Shown in pieces: positions 17,060 through 24,000 of a DNA stretch of 24,000 nt. A model generated the notes under the pieces. That model was not told the origin of the DNA, ran no database searches, and worked only from the letters and a program-made list of their open reading frames with translations. Source of the DNA: Candidatus Latescibacterota bacterium (GTDB taxonomy: Bacteria > Latescibacterota > UBA2968); assembly GCA_022824945.1 (NCBI GenBank), contig JAJDYX010000056.1, forward strand, positions 165,241 through 189,240, written 5' to 3'. The position numbers and the translations under genes were made by a program. Numbering within the stretch: position 1 is the stretch's first letter; each line of letters begins with the position of its first letter.

Positions 17060-18125
17060 CGCCCCTGGCAGGTCCTTTCAACCCTTTTTCAATGTCTGCC
17101 AATGGCTTTTGTAACAACTCGCAAGCTTTTCCCAGGTCTATGAATTTCTCGGCAAGTGCCCAATAACAAAGCCTCTCAAACCGCTGCGGCACTTCGTGAT
17201 TTCCCTTCAGCGATTCTGGTTCGCGCTTCCGCCAGCCGCGGGCAAAAGTCCGGAACGTATAGTCGAATGTCGATTGATTGATGATGCCGACCTGCCTGAG
17301 GCGGACCAAAAGCATTGCCGCACTCACCCGGTATATGCGCTTGATCTGGATCAATTCCCGATAACAGAGAGCCTTTCTCTGTTCGCCTATTGCGCACATA
17401 ATATGATCTTTAGGCATCAAGAAAGCTCCAGCGAAGATATCAGACGCCTTTTCACGATCAACGGGCGAGGTCTCATCGATTAGCTGGTGTGCGAGTTCGT
17501 GTGCGAGGGTAAACCGCCGTCTTTCCTGCGAGACCACTGCGTTCACAACAATAACCGGTACTTTGGTCTTTCGCCGTGGCCTGTACACAAAACAGGTGAG
17601 TCCCGAGACGCGATCGGGCAGAGGTATCATGAGCACCTTGATGCCTCGATCTTCCAGCAAAGCGGTCATATTGGGAATAGGATCAATCCCCAACTGCCAT
17701 TTTCGGCGCAAGTCCTGTGCCAGAACTTCGCCGTCATCCTCATGTCCCAGCCACCGGTTACCTAATCGGGGAGCCTTTGATATCCCACTATCACCTGACA
17801 GTATCTCTTCAATGGAAAAGTAGCGTTGCAGGCTGTCAATGACCGCCGCCTCAACGCGTGCTCGATCACCAGCACTCATGCCCGAGTGCTTGCGAAATTC
17901 GAAGAATTTGAGAGCTTCGACCCGTTCGCTGAGCAGATAGTCCAGCGAAACGCCAAGCACGCTGGCGAGATGAATCAATACGCTGGAGCGCGGCATCATC
18001 TCGCCGCGTTCATATTTTCCAATGGCCTGCGCGGTCACTTCGCCGTCCAGCGCGTATGAAAGGCCGCGCAGTGAATAACCGGCCTTTTTTCGAGCGAGTT
18101 GCAGGTGCTTTCCAAACATGTGCAT
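17043..18125 (-). CDS. XRE-family HTH fused to ImmA/IrrE (COG2856, DUF955) zinc metallopeptidase domain
   Basis: The N-terminus LQLARKKAGYSLRGLSYAL...AQAIGKYERGEMMPRSSVLIHLASVLGVSLDYLL is a Cro/C1-type HTH. HELAHQLID in the central domain is the HExxH of ImmA/IrrE peptidases. A helical C-terminal region follows. Confidence 0.85.
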   Translation of the reverse strand: MHMFGKHLQLARKKAGYSLRGLSYALDGEVTAQAIGKYERGEMMPRSSVLIHLASVLGVSLDYLLSERVEALKFFEFRKHSGMSAGDRARVEAAVIDSLQRYFSIEEILSGDSGISKAPRLGNRWLGHEDDGEVLAQDLRRKWQLGIDPIPNMTALLEDRGIKVLMIPLPDRVSGLTCFVYRPRRKTKVPVIVVNAVVSQERRRFTLAHELAHQLIDETSPVDREKASDIFAGAFLMPKDHIMCAIGEQRKALCYRELIQIKRIYRVSAAMLLVRLRQVGIINQSTFDYTFRTFARGWRKREPESLKGNHEVPQRFERLCYWALAEKFIDLGKACELLQKPLADIEKGLKGPARGDADSG

Positions 18126-18180
18126 TCTCAGTCTGTCAGTTTACAGTTTTCTATTTTATACCTAAAATGTAAATATAAAC

Positions 18181-18195
18181 GTTGTGTTGCACAAC
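18181..18195. promoter_or_regulatory. Palindrome GTTGTG-ttg-CACAAC upstream of the XRE-ImmA gene (candidate operator)
   Basis: Perfect 6-bp arms with a 3-nt spacer, 56-70 nt upstream of the ATG at 18125. It lies next to an AT-rich tract containing TTTATA...TATAAA (18155-18179). Confidence 0.3.
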
Positions 18196-18274
18196 CCAAA
18201 AATCAGGAGGTGAAGAGCCTAATCGCAGTTTCGTATGGGGATATGTGGGCGGTAAGGGGCATATTCCTAAATAT

Positions 18275-18302
18275 AAAAAAGCACGCTCCGTTAGGACATG
18301 CT
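18275..18302 (-). terminator. Rho-independent terminator downstream of the Phd/YefM gene
   Basis: Minus-strand RNA: AGCAUGUCC-uaac-GGA(g)CGUGCU followed by UUUUUU. That is 9 bp including one G-U pair and one bulge. It lies about 95 nt after the Phd stop. Confidence 0.6.
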
Positions 18303-18397
18303 TTCTCATTAGCTTCTAAAAATATCTATTCAGCCCCAACAGGCGCAGTCGGTGGCTCCGTAACCAGATTAGCAGGTGCTGGATCCCAAATATCTGC

Positions 18398-18616
18398 TCA
18401 TAGAGGAGATACAATATCAACTTCCTCAAGTATTGTACCGTTTAATTTTCCCGGCACTGGAACTTCTGCATCTTCTGAAACCTGTACCCCATAGGGTATC
18501 ACCTTCACAATCGCCTTTCCTCCTTCTGTCACGATCACAGGTTCGCCCGTTTCAGCGATCTGTTCCAGAATTCCAAGTACCTGATCCTTAAATTCAGTAA
18601 CACTACATGTCTGCAT
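18398..18616 (-). CDS. Phd/YefM-family type II antitoxin, with no toxin gene downstream
   Basis: From the ATG at 18616, with a GGAGGA RBS 5 nt upstream: MQTCSVTEFKDQVLGILEQIAETGEPVIVTEGGKAIVKVIPY, the typical Phd/YefM N-terminal fold signature. The C-terminus GKLNGTILEEVDIVSPL resembles antitoxins that partner PIN toxins. The listed start (18670) overlaps the upstream ORF. Confidence 0.8.
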   Translation of the reverse strand: MQTCSVTEFKDQVLGILEQIAETGEPVIVTEGGKAIVKVIPYGVQVSEDAEVPVPGKLNGTILEEVDIVSPL

Positions 18617-18662
18617 TGTTTCCTCCAATAATCTCATTTTCAACTGGCCAATTTTTTCACGC

Positions 18663-19336
18663 TTACACACTGATACTCAATCTTGCCATAAATTCTGTTA
18701 TCCCAGAATACATATTAGCGACTTGCTCGGATTTATATTCGTCGTATTTGCCATGCGCTGCTTTGTTACGCAAGTCTAACCACATGGTTACGGCTTTTTG
18801 GTCTAATTTGGAATAAACATCTTCTTTTGCTAAATCTGAATTTAGTCGATCTGCTTTTTTGGGGATTAGAATGCCCTCATTATTCTCAAACTCAATATCT
18901 ATTGCGTTTGCACTGCAAAGTTGACGCAAATGCTCTTCTAAACACTTCCAATTATTACAGCAGCAGGATCTTTATATCCCAGCTCTAATAAATGATCAGC
19001 CATTTCTAAGAAGTCTGCAAATAGTTCCGCGGCAACCAAACCTTTGAAAGTAAACAACCAATTGCCTTCAATTTCTTGCCTAATTGAACTCAGTATCTCA
19101 AGACCAGACTCTATGTCTGAAGGATAATAGCCATCAACAGATGTATTAAAGCTATCATAGTAAGAATGATCTTTTCCATATACTCTTTCTATAAAAGACA
19201 GTGAGGCTGCCTTAAAGCCATTAGCTTTTCCTGAATCAACATACCTTCCTCCATATCCGTCACTGCTTACCGTCGCAAGTGTTGCTTTGCCTAAGTTTTC
19301 CAATTGTTCTAAACGATTTAATAGCTTTTCCTGCAT
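18663..19336 (-). pseudogene. HEPN-superfamily protein gene (about 224 aa when repaired), split by a 1-nt frameshift
   Basis: ORF 18938..19336 ends ...GYKDPAAVIIGSV*. ORF 18663..18929 starts at a TTG, and its frame is open back to 18971, reading ...LEEHLRQLCSAN. Adding one T to the minus-strand run GTTTAG (18938-18943) joins them as AAVIIGSVLEEHLRQLC. The C-terminal half carries WLDLRNKAAHG (the Rx4H HEPN motif). An AGGA RBS lies before the ATG at 19336. Confidence 0.65.
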
Positions 19337-19368
19337 AATCTGTCCTTTTTGTTTTTAAACTCGTTCAA

Positions 19369-20175
19369 TCATGCGGACGCCGCCTTCGCCCAGCTCTCAG
19401 GCATAAGGAGACGCCAGCGGGATATGAGGCGACGGCATGAAAGCCTCGGATCGAGTTTGGCATTGCCCTGGGTCAAACGCGCCCGGCACGCCTCAACAAG
19501 GGTGGTAGTATCGGGTCCGCGTTCTGCCAGAAAGCCCAGACGCTTGAATACGGCACCATTACCGAGACGGTCTGCATAGGCAATCAGCCTGTCATCGTCT
19601 CTATCCTTGCGCTCGAAATAGTTCTCAAGACAATCGGCAACGTGCTGAATACCGGCTCCGAGGTCTGGATCGTTGAGCATATCGATAATGGTGCGGTGAA
19701 CATCCGATACGGCAATCTGGCTTCTTCCGCGCCAGACGGCCTTCGTGCCAAAGATCATACCCTGCTGGACATGCTTTAAGGTGAAGAGTGTGCCATGGCG
19801 TTCCTGGTTTTTCGCACGCACAGTCCGCGCTGTCATCACAACAATATCGCGGAAAATCTGCTCCGTCAGGTCCCAGTGTTCGGCGGCGGTTCGGCCACCG
19901 ATGTAGGCCGGCTTAAAAAGCGCAGGCACCAGCACCCAGGGATACTCAAGAACCCGCTCGCTGCCAAGAGAATCAAGGCCAACTGGTGCATAGGCACCCG
20001 GGCCTACGCGCCGCAACCAGCCCTGCCCGCGCCAACGGGAGAGCAGCTTGGCAGCGTCGGAACGGCTAACGCAAAGGGCATGTTCAGCATCGGCGATATG
20101 AATGATATCACCGGCTGCCCGAATAACGGCAGACAACCTGCGGCGTCCCTCAGGTATGGCGGTCTCTAAGTTCAT
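19369..20175 (-). CDS. AbiEi-family (COG5340) type IV toxin-antitoxin antitoxin / transcriptional regulator
   Basis: 268 aa. The N-terminal wHTH is AAKLLSRWRGQGWLRRVGPGAYAPV. The C-terminal domain carries PAYIGGRTAAEHWDLTEQIF, VSDVHRTIIDMLNDPDLGAGIQHV and LIAYADRLGNGAVFKRLGFLAE, which matches the AbiEi/COG5340 pattern as I recall it. Confidence 0.75.
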   Translation of the reverse strand: MNLETAIPEGRRRLSAVIRAAGDIIHIADAEHALCVSRSDAAKLLSRWRGQGWLRRVGPGAYAPVGLDSLGSERVLEYPWVLVPALFKPAYIGGRTAAEHWDLTEQIFRDIVVMTARTVRAKNQERHGTLFTLKHVQQGMIFGTKAVWRGRSQIAVSDVHRTIIDMLNDPDLGAGIQHVADCLENYFERKDRDDDRLIAYADRLGNGAVFKRLGFLAERGPDTTTLVEACRARLTQGNAKLDPRLSCRRLISRWRLLMPESWAKAASA

Positions 20176-20188
20176 GAAAATGTATAGT

Positions 20189-20212
20189 TAAACTGCAAAA
20201 ATTCGCAGTTTA
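20189..20212. promoter_or_regulatory. Inverted repeat TAAACTGC-n8-GCAGTTTA, candidate AbiEi operator
   Basis: Perfect 8-bp arms (20189-20196 and 20205-20212), 14-37 nt upstream of the AbiEi ATG (20175). A further AATTC(tc)GCAGTTT half-site lies at 20247-20260. Confidence 0.45.
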
Positions 20213-20334
20213 TGTGAATTTTTATCTTCATAATATATAATAACCAAATTCTCGCAGTTTTTCAACTATAATGTATATATTATATTGATTGTGGCGATTT
20301 CGTAACAACAAGAAGATAAACAACGGAGGACATA

Positions 20335-22617
20335 ATGGAACTATGGTATGACGAACCAGCGGAAGATTGGAATCACGCCTTGCCAGTGGGGGATGGGAAA
20401 CTCGGCGCCATGGTATTTGGTGGGGTAAGTAATGAACGCATACAAATGAACGAAGACTCGATCTGGGCGGGACCACCCGTACCCAAATCACCACCGGGCG
20501 CGCAACAGGTCATCGCACGCGCGCGTCAGCTACTCTTTGAAGGCCAATACACCGAAGCGCAGGACCTCGTACAAGAAGGCGTCATGGGAGAACGCATAGT
20601 ACCGCGCAGCTATCAGACACTGGGCGACTTGCGCATCGAACAAAATGGCGTTGAACAACACACCGATTACCGCCGCGAACTCTCGCTAAACTCTGCAATC
20701 GCTACAACGCGATGGGTCGCAAATGGGATCGCATATCATCGAGAAGTATTTGCCACCGCAATCGACCGGGCAATCATCTGTCGCATCTCATCGGACAAAG
20801 CAGGCGCAATATCGTGTCGGATATCCTTTCACCGAGAAGAAAACGCACAGTGGTCGGGCATATCTGAAAACACACTCCTCATAACCGGCCGCGCGGGACA
20901 CGGAGAAACCCATCCCGGCGTAAAATTCTCTGCGGGCATCAAAGCAATCGCCGAAAACGGGCGCGTCCAGTGTACCAACGACGCCCTCACAGTCGAAAAT
21001 GCAGACGCAGTCACAATCGTCGTCTGCGCCGACACCGACTACAACTTTGACGACCCTTACATGCCCCTGACACACGACCTGAAAACCTCTGTGCTATCCA
21101 CAATCGATAGTGCGCGTCCATATCCCCGCGTAAAGCGCGACCATATCCGCGACCACAGCACCTACTTTGACCGATGCGCGTTCTCCCTCGGAGAAGACAA
21201 ATCCGACAACATCCCCACAGACCGCCGCCTCGCCGAATTCGAACACACATCGGACCCCGCGCTCGTCGCACTCTACTTCAACTTCGGACGCTACCTCACC
21301 ATCTGTTGCTCGCGCCCGGGCAGTTTATGCGCCAACCTGCAGGGCATCTGGAACCAGGAATACGAAGCCCCGTGGAACAGCGACTACCACATCAACATCA
21401 ATATCCAGATGATCTACTGGCTCTGTGAACTCGTAGGCTTGCCCGAATGCCATGAACCGTATTTGGAATTTTCAAACGCCCTGCGCCAAACAGCGCGCCA
21501 AACAGCAAAAGAAGTCTATGGCTGTCGCGGAACCGCAGCGCATCACACAACAGATGCGTGGCGATTCACCGACCCATTGGGAAAGGTACAATACGGCATG
21601 TGGCCCATGGGCTGTGGATGGAACAGCAGGCACTTTATGGAACATTGGGATTTTAACGGATCAGAAACATTTCTGCGGGACCAGGCCTGGCCGGTTGTGC
21701 GGGATGCTGCCCTGTTCTACCTCGACTGGTTGGCAGAAGACCCAAAAACTGGCAAACTCGTATCCGGTCCGTCCTCCTCCCCGGAAAACCGCTTCCTCGC
21801 ACCGGGCACTCAGGACGTATGCAACCTCGTCATGGGACCGAGCATGGACCAGCAGATAATCTGGGAAACATTTACAAATTGTCTGCGCTGTGCCGAGATC
21901 TTATCTCTCGACGACCCCATTATCGACGACATAAAAAGCGCATTATCCCGTCTCGCAGAACCGCAAATCGGCACTGATGGACGCCTGATGGAATGGACGG
22001 AAGAATTTGAAGAACCAGAACCGGGGCACCGGCATATTTCACACATCTACGGCGTGTATCCCGGCTTCCAACTCGTCGATCAACCCGATTTTCTATCTGC
22101 CACGCGCAAAAGCATTGAACACCGCCTTGCACATGGCGGCGGACACACGGGCTGGAGCAGAGCCTGGCTGATCAACGTGTGGGCGCGCCTCAAAGACGCG
22201 GATCGCGCCTGGGAAGACGTGCGACAACTACTCATACGCTCGACACTGCCCAACCTATTCGACAACCATCCCCCATTTCAGATGGACGGCAACATGGGTG
22301 GTGCCGCGGGCATTGTGGAAATGATATTGCAAAGCCATCACAACGCCATCGAATTGTATCCCGCACTGCCAGACGCATGGGCAGAAGGCAACGCAGAAGG
22401 ACTGAGAGCAAGGGGTGGATTTATCGTAGATTTACAATGGGAAAACGGAGAAAAATCCGCGCACATAACATCCCTACTGGGCAATCCTATTCTCATGTTA
22501 TACAATGGATCTATGCGCGCGGTCAATGATGACCAGAAGGTCATCGCGGAGGGCCGGGACGAAATCGCGTTCCAAACCGAAAAAGACAAAAGCTACCATA
22601 TTGCGCTCGGGGCATAA
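20335..22617 (+). CDS. Glycoside hydrolase family 95 (alpha-L-fucosidase/alpha-L-galactosidase-like)
   Basis: 760 aa. The N-terminus [44 protein letters not shown] is the canonical GH95 N-terminal domain start. The central (alpha/alpha)6 region carries [17 protein letters not shown] and [20 protein letters not shown] is present. There is no signal peptide. Confidence 0.85.
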   Translation: MELWYDEPAEDWNHALPVGDGKLGAMVFGGVSNERIQMNEDSIWAGPPVPKSPPGAQQVIARARQLLFEGQYTEAQDLVQEGVMGERIVPRSYQTLGDLRIEQNGVEQHTDYRRELSLNSAIATTRWVANGIAYHREVFATAIDRAIICRISSDKAGAISCRISFHREENAQWSGISENTLLITGRAGHGETHPGVKFSAGIKAIAENGRVQCTNDALTVENADAVTIVVCADTDYNFDDPYMPLTHDLKTSVLSTIDSARPYPRVKRDHIRDHSTYFDRCAFSLGEDKSDNIPTDRRLAEFEHTSDPALVALYFNFGRYLTICCSRPGSLCANLQGIWNQEYEAPWNSDYHININIQMIYWLCELVGLPECHEPYLEFSNALRQTARQTAKEVYGCRGTAAHHTTDAWRFTDPLGKVQYGMWPMGCGWNSRHFMEHWDFNGSETFLRDQAWPVVRDAALFYLDWLAEDPKTGKLVSGPSSSPENRFLAPGTQDVCNLVMGPSMDQQIIWETFTNCLRCAEILSLDDPIIDDIKSALSRLAEPQIGTDGRLMEWTEEFEEPEPGHRHISHIYGVYPGFQLVDQPDFLSATRKSIEHRLAHGGGHTGWSRAWLINVWARLKDADRAWEDVRQLLIRSTLPNLFDNHPPFQMDGNMGGAAGIVEMILQSHHNAIELYPALPDAWAEGNAEGLRARGGFIVDLQWENGEKSAHITSLLGNPILMLYNGSMRAVNDDQKVIAEGRDEIAFQTEKDKSYHIALGA

Positions 22618-22683
22618 CCCGGTCATTCTTATGGTGGTGAGACTGTGGTATGAAAAGTCCGTGGTTTTACGAAAAATTTGACG

Positions 22684-24000
22684 CTATGGCGGACAAACCG
22701 GCAAGTCGCTCTTGATGGTTAAGCTATTGATTCTATCTACATTGAGCGGTAGGCATCCGGTCAGTTGGTTACCAATGAGCGTCAAATGCGTCAGATTTGC
22801 AAGATTGCCCAATTCGGGTGGGACAGTACCACTCAATTGGTTATGATGGAGGAGCAAATGCGTCAAATTTGCAAGCCTGCCTAACCCAGGTAGAATGCCG
22901 CCGCTTAACTGATTATTATTGAGGGTTAATATCTTCAAATTCGCAAGGCTACTCAGTTCAAGTGGGATGCTGCCAGTCAACAGATTGTTATTGAGGGTCA
23001 ACATTGTCAGATTTGCAAGGTTCTCCAATTCAGGTGGGATACTACCGTTCAACAGATTGTGATTAAGGGTCAACATCGTCAGATTTGTAAGGCGACCCAG
23101 TTCAGGTGGAATATCCTCGGTCAACAGGTTGTCAGAGAGAGCCAACAGGGTCAGCTTGACAAGTCTGCTCAGTTCAGACGGGATATTGCCGATCAGTTGG
23201 TTGTTCTCAAGAACCAGTTCCTTCAGGTTAGCAAGACTGCTTAATTCAATTGGGATATTGCCGATTAACTGGTTGTCAGAAAGGGCTAATGCCGTCAGAC
23301 TGGCAAGGCTGCCCAACTCAGGTGGGATAATACCACTCAACTGATTGTTATCAAGGAACAAATGAGTCAGATTTGCAAGACGACTTAGTTCAGGTGGGAT
23401 GGTACCTGTCAACCGGTTGTCAGAGAGGATTAACCCCGTTAGTCTGGCGAGCCTACCCAACTCAGGTGGAATACTGCCGGTCAACTGATTTTTCTGGAGG
23501 GCTAATCCCGTCAGACTGGCAAGATTAGCAAGTTCAGGTGGAATATTCCCGGTCAATTGGTTGTTGGCGAGAGCCAGTTTCTTGAGGTTTTCGAGATTGC
23601 CCAACTCAGGTGCAATGCTACCGGTCAACTGGTTATTGTGAAGGAGCAACCACTCCAGCCCGGTAAGGTTGCCCAATTCAGGTGGGATGCTGCCGGTCAG
23701 ACCTTTGTCATTGAGTTCCAATGCCTGAATGCGTGCTGGCGTCCCTGCAACGATAACACCGTCCCAGTGTGCAATATCAGTACTATCGCTCCAGTTTAGC
23801 GTCGCCTTGCCAGTTAGTGTGTCTTTAACGGCCAATAGCAGAGCACAATCCTTAACCAGACCCGGATTGCTCTGAATATTCGGCACTGCAATATCGCTGG
23901 CCTGAAGCGGTTGAAAAATAAAAAGAACGAGTGATAGGATTGTAAAATTTATGGCCGGTGCTGAACGGCGAAGCGAAGCAAAGGATAGAAACTGGCGCAT
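22684..24000 (-). CDS. Secreted leucine-rich repeat protein with about 14 plant-type 24-residue LRRs and an LRRNT-like cap
   Basis: The ATG occupies the last three bases of the window. The signal peptide is ...ILSLVLFIFQPLQA/SD. The cap is CALLLAVKDTLTGKATLNWSDSTDIAHWDGV. It is followed by about 14 units of LxxLxLxxNQLTGxIPPELGxLxx, and the C-terminus is TGCLPLNV...LPVCPP. Confidence 0.9.
   Translation of the reverse strand: MRQFLSFASLRRSAPAINFTILSLVLFIFQPLQASDIAVPNIQSNPGLVKDCALLLAVKDTLTGKATLNWSDSTDIAHWDGVIVAGTPARIQALELNDKGLTGSIPPELGNLTGLEWLLLHNNQLTGSIAPELGNLENLKKLALANNQLTGNIPPELANLASLTGLALQKNQLTGSIPPELGRLARLTGLILSDNRLTGTIPPELSRLANLTHLFLDNNQLSGIIPPELGSLASLTALALSDNQLIGNIPIELSSLANLKELVLENNQLIGNIPSELSRLVKLTLLALSDNLLTEDIPPELGRLTNLTMLTLNHNLLNGSIPPELENLANLTMLTLNNNLLTGSIPLELSSLANLKILTLNNNQLSGGILPGLGRLANLTHLLLHHNQLSGTVPPELGNLANLTHLTLIGNQLTGCLPLNVDRINSLTIKSDLPVCPP
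22741..23730 (-). repeat. In-frame 72-bp tandem periodicity (LRR-coding)
   Basis: The DNA repeats with a 72-nt period (for example ...caactggttgtt..., ...ttcaggtgggat...), corresponding to residues ~91-420 of the LRR protein. The copies are diverged, not identical. Confidence 0.8.

Noticed and set aside
18099-18494. A 131-aa + strand ORF across the XRE-ImmA promoter region, the terminator and the Phd 3' end.
   Set aside because: It crosses an intrinsic terminator and an AT-rich promoter region and runs antisense to Phd. It has no recognisable domain.
20228-20494. An 88-aa minus-strand ORF across the AT-rich spacer and the GH95 5' end.
   Set aside because: It is antisense to the GH95 start and runs through promoter/operator DNA, with an implausible composition.
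22618-22683. The spacer between the convergent GH95 and LRR genes, examined for a bidirectional terminator.
   Set aside because: I found no convincing GC-rich hairpin with a U-tract.
22741-23730. Regular 72-bp periodic repeats that could superficially resemble a CRISPR or tandem-repeat array.
   Set aside because: The periodicity is in frame and encodes 24-residue LRR units of one long ORF. There is no alternation of identical repeats with unique spacers.

Overview
Bacterial chromosomal window with moderate GC and dense coding. I saw no rRNA, tRNA, CRISPR array, transposase or integrase.

**Layout**
- 1-4329 (+): the 3' part of a peptide/nickel-type ABC importer operon (two permeases, two ATPases). 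A PhyH-family Fe(II)/2-oxoglutarate dioxygenase starts 10 nt after it.
- 4356-12260 (-): a long co-directional run. It holds rlmN, murA, cca and a secreted protein. These are followed by a tightly packed four-gene unit: a polytopic membrane protein, a BpsA/DUF43-like protein with an N-terminal wHTH, a stand-alone DUF2156 (LPG-synthase C-terminal-like) protein and a small lipoprotein.
- 12537-15144 (+): an M23 metallopeptidase and LarC.
- About 15.15-20.33 kb: an accessory toxin-antitoxin/defence islet, entirely on the minus strand. From left to right it contains:
  - a beta-lactamase-family gene remnant;
  - a DUF433/DUF5615 pair;
  - an XRE-ImmA/IrrE fusion gene overlapping a PIN-domain gene;
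  - a terminator-bounded unit of AbiEi-family antitoxin, HEPN (RNKAAH) gene split by a 1-nt frameshift, and Phd/YefM antitoxin with no cognate toxin.
- 20335-24000: a GH95 glycosidase (+) converging on a secreted protein with about 14 plant-type 24-residue LRRs (-).

**Most interesting**
- The non-canonical AbiEi-HEPN-Phd unit, which has a sharp compositional break and an operator-like inverted repeat.
- The XRE-ImmA/PIN pair.
- A dispersed intergenic element with variable 9-mer copy number, sitting directly 5' of two minus-strand genes.
- The uncharacterised membrane/BpsA-like/DUF2156/lipoprotein operon.

All family assignments come from motif recognition by eye. No searches were run.
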